Assembly: GCA_013239625.1 (NCBI GenBank)
Contig: MU053557.1
Coordinates: 5,529,842-5,593,841, forward strand
Source of the DNA: Lama guanicoe
Taxonomy: Eukaryota
Direction of reading: 5' to 3'
DNA: 64,000 bases
How positions within the stretch are numbered: position 1 is the first letter of the stretch; each line of letters begins with the position of its first letter. Position numbers and translations under genes: made by a program. The notes under the pieces were generated by a model. The model searched no databases, was not told the origin of the DNA, and saw only the letters and a list, made by a program, of their open reading frames with translations. Of the stretch, positions 1 to 12,178 are shown piece after piece.

Positions 1-39
1 AAAAATATCTATGTGTTTTTAAATAGGCAGCCTGTATTT

Positions 40-502
40 TCTGTGTGCAGAATCTGGTGCCCTGCCCAGACCCCCGTTAGTGAGATGGTGCAGCCATCCT
101 GCAGCTGCTAGGGGGCTGGCTATCAGCTCACAGTTGCCCCCCTTCTTTGGAGAACTGTCCACGGCTGATGGAGCCACCTGGCCCGCAAGGTTACCTGCAG
201 CTTTCAGCGGATGACTGACTAACGTGGGGAGGCAGAGTCTGCGAAAAAGGCCCATCTCGTCGCCTTAAGGGGGAGGCAAGATGGGCTTTATGTTCCAGAG
301 GCCTCGCCACTGCACCCTCCACCTGGGGATCAGGTCAGAGTTAGATTTGACCTGAGGTCTCATCTCTGCTCTGTTTCTACTCTTCCTCCATCCTGCTCCA
401 CCCCAGCCCTGACAGGCCTCCGCTGGGAGCACACCTTCAGTAAATCACAAGCACCTGATTCCCTGTCTCGGGCTCTGCTTCTAGGAAACCTGACCTGAGA
501 TA
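40..502 (+). mobile_element. Solo ERVL-class LTR relic (LTR16-like)
   Basis: Ends in ...gctctgcttctaggaaacctgacctgagata, resembling the LTR16-type 3' terminus, with a degenerate polyA-signal region upstream (agtaaa). Subfamily from memory. Confidence 0.55.
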
Positions 503-1499
503 ATATACTTGAGAAGGCACAGACATCAAATATCACACAGAAGCATACAGCATCAGTGTCAGCTCTGGATGCTCAGGTCACAGGAGATGCTTTAAAGAGT
601 ATCTGTCTTCTCATTTATCTACCATAAGCTTGTATTAATAGTGTACCAACGTCAAGTTTTGAAAAAGACCCTTTCCTCCAAGAGGATTCTCAGGGAGCAG
701 ACTCCGGCCTGTCTACCCTGCTCAGGTGTGTGTTTTCAACTCCTCTTTCCTGAGTGTGAGAAGCTGTGAGAAGCCAGGCTACATCCAGAACCATCTCAGA
801 GAGGGCTTTTAGAACTGAGTCAACAGCCTCTAGGGAGAAGCTCCAAGAAGACTGGGGACCCAGAGCCACCCTCTGTCCAGGAGCCTCAGCACCTTTTAGA
901 CAAGGTCCTTAGGGCCCAAAGAAATGGACAGAATTGGCGTGGGGCGTGAGGATGGGGGGCCGTCTCCAGAGCTCACTCTAGCTCAGATGGTACCTTTGTG
1001 CTGATTGTAAAAGGCTGGCCCTCTAAGCAGCCAGTTGAGGGGGATATGGGTTGGATTCCAGCCCCCACCTGCTGACTGGAGTTGGCTTCAATCCCTGAGA
1101 GGTGGTCGAATCACAGATCCGAGCCCCAGAGACAGGAATCCTCCTTTGGGTGCACAAATCATCCCCTCCCATGGATGGAGGCTGCCCTGAAGAAACACTC
1201 AACCCTGAATTCAAGAGGTGCAAGGGCCACGGTCTATGTAACAGTCCCCTCTAATGGTGGAGAGATTGGCGTGCCTGTGCTCATTGACTCACACTGTCAC
1301 TTTTTGACGTTTTAAAATATTGTCACAGAACAAACCAATCTGTAACCTACTTTTCATTTATGTAGTGGGATTCATGAATTTCTGACATCCCTGTCATATT
1401 TCCAACGGTTACCATTTTTCTCTCAGCAACTGAAGGGTCATCCTTGTTCCCCTGGCTGCCGCCCTGCTGACAACACACTCCTGATGTCCACAGGATGGC

Positions 1500-1710
1500 T
1501 CAGAACACGGGCTCAGCAGTCAGACTCACTGGCTTTGTCTTCCAGAGCTTCCACCTCGTAAAAGCTATGTAACTTCGGGCAAATTATGTAACCTCTCTGA
1601 GCCTTGTCTCCTAGTGGCAGTGCTAATACCACTGGACTGCTGTGGGGGATTAACGCAGTGATGCTCGTAAAGCCCCCAGCACAGGGCCTGGCACTAGGAG
1701 GAACTTAATA
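1500..1710 (+). mobile_element. MIR SINE
   Basis: Core-like tgtaacttcgggcaaattatgtaacctctctgagcct and 3' cagcacagggcctggcac. Confidence 0.7.
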
Positions 1711-2419
1711 CACGAAGACATCATTATCTTCATCACCAACCACCCTCACTTCTCCTCCCCAACCTAAATCACCTGCTAAACCGGCAGGTTGTCTCCTTCT
1801 CCCCAGGGTGGCCTTTGGGGAGTCCACCTCAGCAACGTGCTGAGGGTGCAGAGAGCAGGGTACTATCCTCCCCCAAGCAGGATCCAGGAGGTAAATGCTC
1901 ATGCATCGCACAGTTGGACCCACCTGCGCTAAGCCAGGGACCTCCCTGACCTGGTCGCTTTGGGGCTGGGAAGTGACCCCACAAAGGCAGCCGCCAGTAC
2001 CCTTGGCTGGACTTGCCAAGCAGGCTGAACAGGACTCAGTCTGGTTTCTCTAGGCACAGTCTCAGCCCCCAGGTTCTGCATCCACATCTGTACCTCTTTG
2101 AACTTGGGGCAGATTGCAATCTACTTTGAAGTGAGATGCTTGGAGGCTCAGGAAGCAGTATCCTCTGAGGACCCTTTCAGCCCTGACAATAGCTTCAGGA
2201 TCTTCTAAGCATCTTCCTGTTCTGTATCTCAGCTCTGCTCCCCAGTTCCCTGCGCATCAGCCACTCTGCCCCATCCCCCTCCTCATTTCTTCCGCACATC
2301 CTCAGTGACTAGCAGAGGCCTTGGCACATGGTGGGGCCTCAGATGCCCTTGACCTAAAGTGGATGAACAAATGGAGCAAATGACTCAGTGATGATGAAGA
2401 TGATGGCTGCTGCTTCTGA

Positions 2420-2630
2420 GGTTTTGCTACTTGCCAGGCTTGTGTCAAGTGCTTTACTTGCAATATCTCATTTAACCCTCCCAAAAGTTCTAGAAAATGG
2501 GTACCATGATATTCTTCATTGCAGAGAGGAGGATACTGAGTCTGAGAGCATCACAGCCTGTCAAAGCTCAAACACCTAATAAAAGGCACAGCTGGTGTGT
2601 CTGACTGCAAACTCCATTCTCTTAACCGCC
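2420..2630 (-). mobile_element. MIR SINE
   Basis: Reverse-orientation MIR motifs (tgccaggc...gtgctttac...atctcatttaacc...gagga..actgag.ctgagag). Confidence 0.6.
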
Positions 2631-3524
2631 ATATTATATATAATGCTCCAAACTGATGACCCAAAATCCAGATGGCTCAAAGGAATGAGAATTATATGAA
2701 GATTCAGGAAAGAGGATAAGTCTTCAGGTAAGGTTGTTCTGTGGGAGGGTATAGACTGAGAGAAAAGGGGGCAGCTTAATGATAATGAAGCCCTTACTTT
2801 GGGACGTCATGGTGCTACGCTTTATTTAATCATCACAATCCTACAAGGTATATATCATTTCCACTTTTCCAATGAGAAAATTGAGCTTCAGAGTGGTTAC
2901 GCAATATGTCCCAGGTCATACAGCAAGTAAGCAGCAAACCTAGGATTTAAGCTGAAGTCTCCCAGCCCCAGATCCCATAACTTACTGCTCCCCATTATAA
3001 CTGGAGAAGGAGGCACAAATGGGAGAAGGCAGCATTGACCTGAGACAGCTGCAATTGTGGAGCAACACACACACACACACACATATGCTGTCCCCACCTC
3101 CTTCCTCCAGGAATGATGGCATTTGTAAAAACCATGGGATTTTATAGTCAGAGACCACTCACAAACCCTCCATTTATGCTGACCATTTGCACTGGTCAAG
3201 GGGAGGTGGAGGTCCAGGGAGGGTAGAAGCCACCCATGGCCATAAGCAGATCAGGGGCCAGGGTCCAACCAGGGTTGCTCCCCGCCAGCCACCTTGCTGC
3301 CCCTTCTCTGATTCTGGCTCTGGAGCCTCTGGCTGCTGTGTGTGCAGCTCTGCTCCCCTTCCCAGGCACAGGGAAGGGGAGGTGCCTTCTGGGTATAAAT
3401 AGCAGATGAAGATGCTTTTCTTCAGCAGGAGAGTTAACCCTTGGGGCCCTGGACACGGAGAGATGCTTCCCTCCCAAAGGAAAAGACTTGGTGGCTGTCA
3501 GAGTAGGAATATTCCTTACAGAGC

Positions 3525-3670
3525 ACCTAGACCTTGCTCCTCAAGTGTGGGTGGTGAGTCAGCAGCCTTGGCATCAGCTTGGAGAGTGTTAGGAATGTAA
3601 AACCTCAGGTCCCATCCAGACCAACCCACTCAACTAGAATCTACTGTTTAACAAGATGCCCAGCTGGTCC
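3525..3670. mobile_element. MER5A-like hAT-Charlie MITE
   Basis: tcaagtgtgg...agcagccttggcatcagcttggagagtgttaggaatgtaaaacctcaggtcccatccagacc...ttttaacaagat resembles MER5A. Confidence 0.6.
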
Positions 3671-4330
3671 AGACAGCCCTCTCCTTATAAGGATAGGGCA
3701 AAGTGGCTCAGAGAGGGTAGTGCTCCTACGCAAGGTCACATAGCCATTCCCTGACATAACTATATCTAGAATCTGCACTCCTTCCCCCCCATGACTCAGA
3801 ACCCCGACAGGCGGGGATGCAGCCCTCCAGTTGTGCAGGGATGGGGGAGGGGAGGTCAGGCAGTGATGGGCTGTTTCAGTGCCATCCCCGCCGGCCCTGG
3901 GCTCAGCCTCCCCACGCAGCCTGGCCTAGTCCACCCCGGGGCAGGGGCCGCCCTGGGGCTTGCCTAGCACTAGGCAGGGGGCAGGGCGGCGGCGCCGCGC
4001 TGACTCAGCATGGGGGTGGGTTTGGGGAGTGGGCTGCGCTGGTCAAGGCCAAGCTGGGCCTATTTTCGTCTCTCGCAGAGCTTCGGGACTTTTCCTGAAA
4101 CAGCTTTTCTGAAGGAGGCTGCCGGCAGTGTGGGCTGAGAGGAAGGGCCCCTTCTTCACCTTCCCCCCAACCAAGCTGCTCGCTGAGGAGAATGGAAACC
4201 ATTAGCGACACCCCCCTTTCCCACCACTATTGCCGCCGTCCTTGGAAAAGAGAGCAGCTGCCCCAACACCCACCCAGCAGGTTGGGCAGGAGAGGCGGCC
4301 GCCCCCCCCCACCCGCAGCCCCAGCCCCTA

Positions 4331-4353
4331 TTCACGCTCCAGCTTCTGGTGGT
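4331..4353 (-). CDS. CAMK2A: CAMK2A coding exon 3, 5' part only ((D)HQKLERE), truncated by in-frame TAG at 4330-4328
   Basis: Acceptor tgtgtttcag at 4363-4354; phase matches exon 2 (G+AC = Asp53). Reads DHQKLERE as in CaMKII-alpha, then diverges. The expected ARICRLLKHPNIV and GT donor are absent. Confidence 0.85.
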
Positions 4354-5074
4354 CTGAAACACAGGTGCCCAGTGAGCCCAGGTGAGGGAGGCACCTGCAC
4401 CCACCCCACCTCTCCCCCCTCACGGCCTCGGATGACCTCCACCTCCCAGGGCAGCCCCGCCCCTGGAAGAGCTCGCCTTTGGGGCGGAGCCTCTGGGTCC
4501 TCCAGGAAGGCAGCGGGAAGCAACCGGAGAGAGAGAGCCCGGGGCTGCAGTGATTCACAGGTCCCTTCCCCTCTCTGGGCCTCAGTTTCCTGGGCTCTCA
4601 AGTAAGGGGCATCCCCTGCCTGTGTAAGAGCCAAGCTCCGTGCAGCCTGGAACGCCCCCACCGCCGATCAGGCTTCTGCTCCCCTGCTCCAGCCCTGCCC
4701 CTCAGACTACACTCCAGCCGGACTGAACTGCTGAATTTCACCTCTCCCGGCACCCCCTGCTCAGCCCTCTCACTCTGGGGCTTCTCACGTGTGGTTCTCT
4801 GGGCTTGCAATACTCCTTCTTAGCCAACCATCTGTCCTTCACCAGCCATCACTCTCTCCAACCCATCCTTCAATGGCGCCTTCTCCTGGCAGCCTGCCCT
4901 GACTGCCAGGCTAGCAGGGGCTCCTCCCTGCTCTCAGGGTCCCTGGATGGCAAGTCCCACTCTGTCTCATGGATATTGCTATTCTTGAGGGCAAGGACTT
5001 GGTCTCCATTGTCCCCCTGGCATCTACCCAAAGGCCTGGCCTATAGGAGGTGCTCAAGAGATAACTGAATGGTA

Positions 5075-5160
5075 GGGAGGGTGCAGCTCATTGGTAGAGT
5101 GTGTGTTTAACATGCACAAGATCCTGGGTTCAATTCCAAATAACTCCATTTAAAAAAAGA
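5075..5160 (+). mobile_element. tRNA-Ala-derived SINE (camelid Vic-1-like), diverged copy
   Basis: gggagggtgcagctcattggtagagt...gcacaagatcctgggttcaattcc with Pol III A and B boxes and an A-tract; homologous to the copies at 18567, 48980 and 61095. Confidence 0.75.
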
Positions 5161-5634
5161 TATATACTTATCATTTCTTCCGTGTAATATAGTATGAATA
5201 TAACTGGGACATTTAAATGACCCCTTCAACCCATATTGACTCTGTAAACATAAGAATAAAGTTAAAAAAAACACAAAGGAATGAATGAATGAACCTTTCT
5301 AAAGGAGTGGGTATTCTCTATGGGAGAAGGGCTGTATTGATTTGCAGAAGCTGCCTCCCTTGAGAGGACTCAGGACACCTGCTTTCCAGGACTTACGTCC
5401 AAATTCCCTGGACTTCCCCGCCCATCTGGGAGAAAGGCCCAGTTCAGAATCTGCACCTGTGGTCTCTGACTCAGGCTGTTGACCACAATCACCTCCACAC
5501 CTCCCTGGGGTGTGGGCATCACTGTTTTTATGTATTTCTCAATTCCCTTTTTGGTGCTTTTCTCACAACTTGGTAGTTAATACCTTAATTTAAAACAACA
5601 AAATGGAAAAAAAATGGGAGGGGGGAGCCAGGAG

Positions 5635-5870
5635 CAAATGTAGAATATTTACTATGTGCCAGGTGTTATGCAGAGCACTTTAAACACATCTCAAGTCCTC
5701 CCACCAGTCCTCTGAAAGCAGTACTATCACCATGCTGGCTTTACAGAGGAGGCAACAGAGGTTCAGAGAGGTTAAGTACCTGGCCCAAAGTCACACTGTG
5801 GTGAACAGTAGAGCCACACTGTGTACCCAGGCAGTCAGAAACCAAGGCTGAGCTTTAAAACCCCATGCTA
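5635..5870 (-). mobile_element. MIR SINE
   Basis: tactatgtgccagg...ttacagaggaggcaacagaggttcagagaggttaagtacctggcccaaagtcacac. Confidence 0.75.
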
Positions 5871-7039
5871 TCCTGTTCTCCACACCTTGACTCATCACCA
5901 CCACTTCCACCTATCCCCATGCCCCAGTTCCCGACTGGGAAAATTGAGGCTCGCAGGAGGCAGATCCAGGACTAGAACCCCGGCCTCTGGCTCCTCCAGA
6001 GCAGGTGGGCCCCAGGGAGGGCGATGAGGATAGAGAAAGTTCCAGCCCTGTCCCCAGGCAGCTGGTTCCCCTCTCCCCTTCCCTCTCCATTACAGCAATC
6101 ACTGGGCATCCTCTAAGGGCTGCAGAAGCTGAGATCAATACTGAAATGTAGCTTTTCCATCAGCAAAGCAATTAAGTCCAATCCTCTTTCTGTAGAGTGT
6201 AAGCTCCACTCCCCAGCTGAAGGCGGCTGTGGGGGGACGGAGGGGGGCTGGCGCAGGCTGGGGACATCCCTCTGGTTCCCCTCTCTCGCTGCCTCCTTTC
6301 GTATGCTCCAGGGTGGTTCCCCGGGGAAAGGAGGGGGAATCCCCATCCAGGGCTGGCCAAGGGCCCTCAATGACCTGAAGAAGGCTGGATCTTCCCTGCC
6401 TCCACACCCTGTCCCCCACCCCACCCATCCCCAGCAGAACCAGAAACCAGGCAGGTCAAAGTGGGGCCTATCAGAGGGGGCTGGGCTCCTCCTTGCCCAG
6501 GCTACACATTCAGGGGACAAAGGACCTAAATCCAGAATTCTGATGTTTTCTCCAGGTGAGGTCACCCAGGAGCAGTTACACCTGACAGGATTGATGGAAG
6601 AAATGTTGGTCACAGAGCTTCAAACATGGGCCTGGTTACCAGACCTCATAGCTGGAAATGCTGGGAACTAATTGTTTTTATAAATGTTGTAATCATCTGA
6701 TGCATAGTACAATTACATTGCATTGCAACTTTCAGTGCTAAAAGCATTAATTTGTTGAATGTAAACATACACTTTATACAATAATTTTTTTAACTCTGTT
6801 TGAAATGTTTTCACTTTCTCGTATACAGGGAACCTCAAGAAACATAGGGACAGTTTCTCTTGACCTCTGAGGCCTTGCCGCGTTATGTAGATGGGGAAAA
6901 TGAGGCCTAATGATACAGGAGCAGAGTCTTTATCAAAATCAAGGTGGTCGTCAAGGTGGTCAAGCTTTATTACAACTCAGAGCTCTGAGGAACTACTCCT
7001 GAACAGTTCCCACAACCCCTGGACAGCCAAGGACTTCTA

Positions 7040-7540
7040 GTTAAAATATAAATTAAATCTTGTAACTCCCTGACTTCCAACTTTCTAACAGCTTCCTAAT
7101 GTACTTATAATACAATCCAAACTCATCACCACATCCAGCAAGATCCTGCTGGGTCCTGTCTCATCTTCACCTGAAGCTCCAGCCACACTGGGCTCCTTTG
7201 TGGCCTCAGGCACTGCAGTCTCCTTCCTACCGCAGGGCCTTTGCACTGGCTGTGCCCTCTGCCTGGGAGAGTCTTCTCATGGCAGCCTTCTTCACCTCAG
7301 GCAGATCCCAGCAAAATGTCACCTCCTCAGACAGCTTCCTCAGCTGCCTTTTCTGAGAATCCCTCCTGCCCCATCACTTCCCCATTTTCCTGGTTTATTT
7401 TCTTTACAACACTCATCACTACCTGAAATCACCCAGCTTATTTGTGCGTTTAATGTTCTTTTCAGTTCCCCTCCCTAGAAGACAGGTGCAATGAGATCAA
7501 GACCTTGTCTGTCCGTATCTGCCATGTTCCCAGGGCCTAA
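7040..7540 (+). mobile_element. L2 LINE 3' fragment
   Basis: ctccagccacactgg...cagggcctttgcactggctgtgccctctgcctgg...aatgtcacctcctcag, typical of the L2 3' region. Confidence 0.7.
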
Positions 7541-9186
7541 AGCCACTAAGCAGCTTGTTCAAGTTCCCAGAGCCAAGAAATGGCAGAGCTAGGATCTCAG
7601 CCCATGTTCATAATTACTGTACTGTATTGCATTCTCATAACTGATACATACAACCATCCGGCTCAGCAGAGTCCCGTGACAGTGAGATGTCTGAGAGAAG
7701 CGAGTCTTTACCCTCCTGCCTGAGTCCGTGGAAGGGTTGCTCCCAATGCCCATTAGGATGGGTGCTTCTCCCTCCCTCCCTGGGGGCAGGCCTCCAGGGT
7801 GTTGGGGTTAAGGAGGCTGGCCCTGCATAGAGCTTAGCAGGTGGGGGATGGGTGGAGACTCTGGGGCGAGATCCCTGGGCCGGTGCCAGTAGGGCAGGGT
7901 CGGGCAGAGCACAGCCCAGGGAAGAGAGGTCAGGCAGACAGGCAGCGGGATTCTGACTGGAAGTACAGGAACCAAAGGAGAAAACAGACCTCCAAGTCTT
8001 AGAACGGGAAATGCCCCCTCCTTCCACAGGGCCTCAACAGGTCTCCAGATCCTGGGAGGTGGGCGAAATGATCCCACGGACCAAGAGCACCAGGCAGGGG
8101 TGGGGAGGGAATGAGGACGACCGGAAAGACGTGTCTTACTGCTTCCTCACAGGCTCCCTTGCTTGGCCCTGAAGCTCAGGGGCAGCCCCAATGAGCTCAC
8201 ACCATGCTTCCCACCTGCTGTCCTGGCACTGGTCACCAGGGAGCCAAGGAAGAGACTGTCGGCACTCAGGTGGACAGCGGGGCCTGTGAGGATGCTGTAC
8301 CTGAGAGCCAGTCACGTACGGCTGCACCAGCCACATTTGTGCACCCAGCCTGCCCTAAAATGTTGATGAATTCTTCCTGGTGAGACTGTGGCTAGGGAAG
8401 CGTCCAGAGCCCCTGGCAGGGAGTTAGCGCTGAGCGCAGACTGGCTATGGTCACTGCCAGCGGGATTTTTTAAATTCAGCGGCTTGGGTCTCACCTACTG
8501 AATCCCCCACCCTCAGGGGAGGAACTGGGGCAGCTGCATTTTTCAAAAGGCTCCCAAGGGAATTAGGCAGGGATTGGGACAGGAAATTTTTTTTTACCTC
8601 TCATTTCATGTCTTTATGGCTTCTTGGAATTTATACTATGATCATTTTATACAAAAGACTAGTTTAAAAATACACACAAAACCTGTCTCCTGGGTTTGGG
8701 AACCACTCGATAGAAAAGGCTGGCCCTGTGGGGAAGGAAGAGGGGTGGTCAGATGCCCCGGGTGGGCACGACCCCTGCTGGGAGCTGCCAAAGTCACCAG
8801 GGTGTGCTCTCAGGAGAAGCTTAGAGTGTGTTGCCAAATATTCAACATCAAACCGCTCCCACCCCGGGCCCCGTGAGTGGCAAACAAAGAAACCTGCTAA
8901 AAGAAGCTCTGCCCCTCCTCTCCCGCTGGGGAGAAAAGCGTTGGCAGTTGGCAGACTTCTTTGGAAAGGTTCCCCTGAGAGCATCCCCACTCCCACCCTC
9001 ACACTCACCAAGGCCTGGGCATCTTCCTCCCAAGAGGTCAAAGGCGCCACAAATTGCCAGAGACTGGGCTGGGCGGTTACTGCACAGCCCAGAGTCTACA
9101 CTGCCCCAGTAATGCTTAGTCACCAGCCGGCAAATAGGCATTGCCCCTTCCATTCTGCCCATACACATCTGTCTCTTTCTGTCCTA

Positions 9187-9213
9187 TGTGTGTATGTGTG
9201 TGTGTGTGTGTGT
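9187..9213. repeat. (TG)n microsatellite
   Basis: tgtgtgtatgtgtgtgtgtgtgtgtgt seen directly. Confidence 0.85.
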
Positions 9214-10084
9214 GGATGTGGCTCTGAGTGTGCCAGCTTCCAAGGAGGACCTTGGTTCCTGATCGTCATTCATTTTGAGGCAACACAGCCTGTCACCCCA
9301 AGACATCCTGTGCCACCCCACAGGACTGTGGCTCTCGTCCTGCCCCTACCGTATCTCAGGGATGGGGACATCTCTCCATTCCTCACTAGAAACATAAAGC
9401 AGAGAGGGCATTAGATCACCACTAGTCACCCAGCAATGGCAAGGCGAGTCCCAGCATCTGGCCACGAGGCAGCACTCCTGTTAGCCTGCCTGCCCGCCCT
9501 GACTCCCTGCCCCGGCTCCAGCTCTGGCCCTTCCACACCACCGTTCATGCTGACTGTGTGCCACTGCGGGCCCTGCTCATCAGAGAACCACTCTTACCCC
9601 CACCCCAGCCTCCTCTCCCTGCAGGACGCTATCCTCCCTGCTGGGGAGTTCAGTAACTGGGAGAAAGTATTGGGCTCCCAGCAACTCTGAGCCAGAGAGA
9701 TGAAAGGCAGCAGCACACGGTCTGACACGGAGCCTTCTGGGAGGCCCGTGGGAGACAATGTGAACATCCTGTACCAGCCACCGTGAAACCCACACCTGCT
9801 GGGCACCGGCCCAGACACAGCTGCCACTATGCCAGGCAAACACCTGGACGCTGCACCAGCTCCTCACACGATGTCTTCCACACTGCACAGTTCGCACCAG
9901 TACCTGCCTTACCCAACAGAATTCCCATCACCCCTAGGGGTCCCCAAGGCAGCTCAGACCCACCGTTGAGAGTGGGGGATAATAGATATTTGAAGGTAAT
10001 CGTCTCTAACATGCTGACCATGGTCACCACCATTATCAGCCTAACCACATCACATGCTAAGGGCAAGAAGAAAAGCTTCTGAGC

Positions 10085-10365
10085 ATGTGTCCCAAGTTTT
10101 AATGTCAACACGAATCACTGGTGTCTTGTTAAAAATGCAGATTCTGATTCATTACATCTGGAATCATGAATTTGCATTTCTAACAACCTCCTGGTGATGC
10201 CGATATTGCTGGTCTAGGACCACTTCCAAATTAGAATCACCTGGGAATCATTTCCAACACTCAAGTCACAGCCCAGACTAGTTAAATCACAACACTTGGG
10301 GGTGGGATCCAGGCATCAGGGGTGTTTGAAGTGTTCCAGGGATTCCAGGCTTGGTAACTACTGTC
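10085..10365. mobile_element. MER5-like hAT-Charlie MITE(s), probably two adjacent pieces
   Basis: gaatcactgg...cttgttaaaaatgcagattctgattca...tgcatttctaacaa...ggtgatgccgat..gctggtctaggaccac and ttagaatcacctggga. Confidence 0.6.
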
Positions 10366-11076
10366 CTAGGGAGTATTTAGGGACCAGAAGGTGGACTGGT
10401 GTGGCTGAAGCAGGGTACACATGGTGGTCACTGGACACTGGTTCAGCCCTGGATGTGTCAGGTGCTGTCCTAGGTGCTGGGCATTTATAGGGAGTGAGAC
10501 CCATCCCTACCTTCTTGGTGTTTATGGTCAAGAGGGAAGATGGATATTAAACAAGGACCCAAGCCAGTAAGTGGGTTAAATCTAGGTTGGGAGAAAGCCA
10601 CAAAGAAAGTAAACAGTAATGAGAGAGAAAAAATGGGGAAGATCCCCTCAGATTTGGAGGTCAGGGAAACATCTCAAAGGATGTGGCATTGAGCTGAGAC
10701 TCAAAGGTTGAGAAAGAGCCAGCCTTGTAAGGAGCCAGGTAAGGGCATCCAGGCAGAAAGAACGCTAGGGGCAGAGGTCTGGCAGTGAAAACGGAGGCGA
10801 GTGGCAGAAGAACAAGGAAAGGAGGGCCCACCTGGCACCTTAACCTTCATCTGGCTGGGTAGGTGGAGGGCAGGGAGCCTGGCCTGTCAGAGAGGCTGTG
10901 GCCTCCAGCCTAGACCCCTAAGGAAGGAATATGGAGGGGTCTGTTCTCATAACACCCATAGGATGAAGAGCCCCACCTCTGACAGCAGCATATCCCAGGG
11001 GGCAGACCCACGTCCTGGTTCCAACCCAAGCGTTAGAGGGAGGGGTGAAGGGAGGAGATCCCCGGAGGGCGGGTCA

Positions 11077-11226
<150 letters not shown>

Positions 11227-11489
11227 TCAAGGGCTGCATCCTCAGGAGACACCGGAGTTCGTGCAGCAGCACTGTGCTGGGAGGGATCCCCCCTCCAGGG
11301 CTGCTCGAGCTCACAGCGGCTGCCGTAATCCGACTCGGGGACCCAGAAGAACCACTAGTAGTAAATCATTAGGAGCTTGGCCTCATGAGAGATGAGCCTT
11401 CTAGAGTCATAAGTTAGGTTCACCAAGTTCTAAAATATTAGCATCATACAGTGTTAGAATCACAGAATCTAGGTCCCTGGAAGCTTTCA

Positions 11490-12178
11490 GTTTTTTATTC
11501 TTTGAGTATGTAACACACGACATGGTTCAAAGTTCAAAAGACACAAAGATGGAGGTAGTTAAAAGACTCCTTCCCATCCCTGTACCCTAGTCTCCAAAGT
11601 CCCTTCCCCAGAGTTGGCCAGTGCGGCCAGAGCAGCTTTCCACAGATGCTCTCCCCCTCGCAAACGGTCCTGGCCTTTGCGTGCTGTTCTGTACCCTCCT
11701 TTTATTCAGAAATTTGTTTAGAGATCCTCCTTCTATATTATAACATAGAGCTCCCCATTATTTAATTGTACGGCTGTCCTGTAATTTACCTAGCCTGTCC
11801 CCTATTGATGGGCAATTAGGTTAGTTCCAATTCATAGCTATTACAAACAGTGCTGCAATGACTAACCTTATATGTGTGCATTAGAATTACATTTCCCCTG
11901 CGTGCAGGTGTCTGTGGATAAACTTCCAGAGTTGGTATTATTGGTCAAAGGGTAGGTGTTATTTGGTAATATTGACAGATAATGAGAGACTATCCATCTT
12001 AGAGATGAACCTACCAGTATATGAGGGGACCATTTCCTCTGCCCTTAGCACAATGTGTTATCAAACGTTCATATCTTTGCTAGTGAGACAGGTGGAACAT
12101 GGCGACTCAGTGTGGATTTGATTTGGAATTCTCACATTCAGAGTGAAGCTGAGCATCTTTTCATATGGTTTAAGACAC
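11490..12178 (-). mobile_element. Ancient L1 (L1ME-like) 3' fragment
   Basis: ccctattgatgggcaattaggttagttccaa...gctattacaaacagtgctgcaatga...gctgagcatcttttcatatg, hallmark reverse-strand L1M motifs. Confidence 0.7.

Noticed and set aside
1243..1260. CTCF-like motif (also weaker ones near 24361, 29730 and 38931)
   Set aside because: Each has mismatches at core positions and cannot be supported without matrix scoring or ChIP data.
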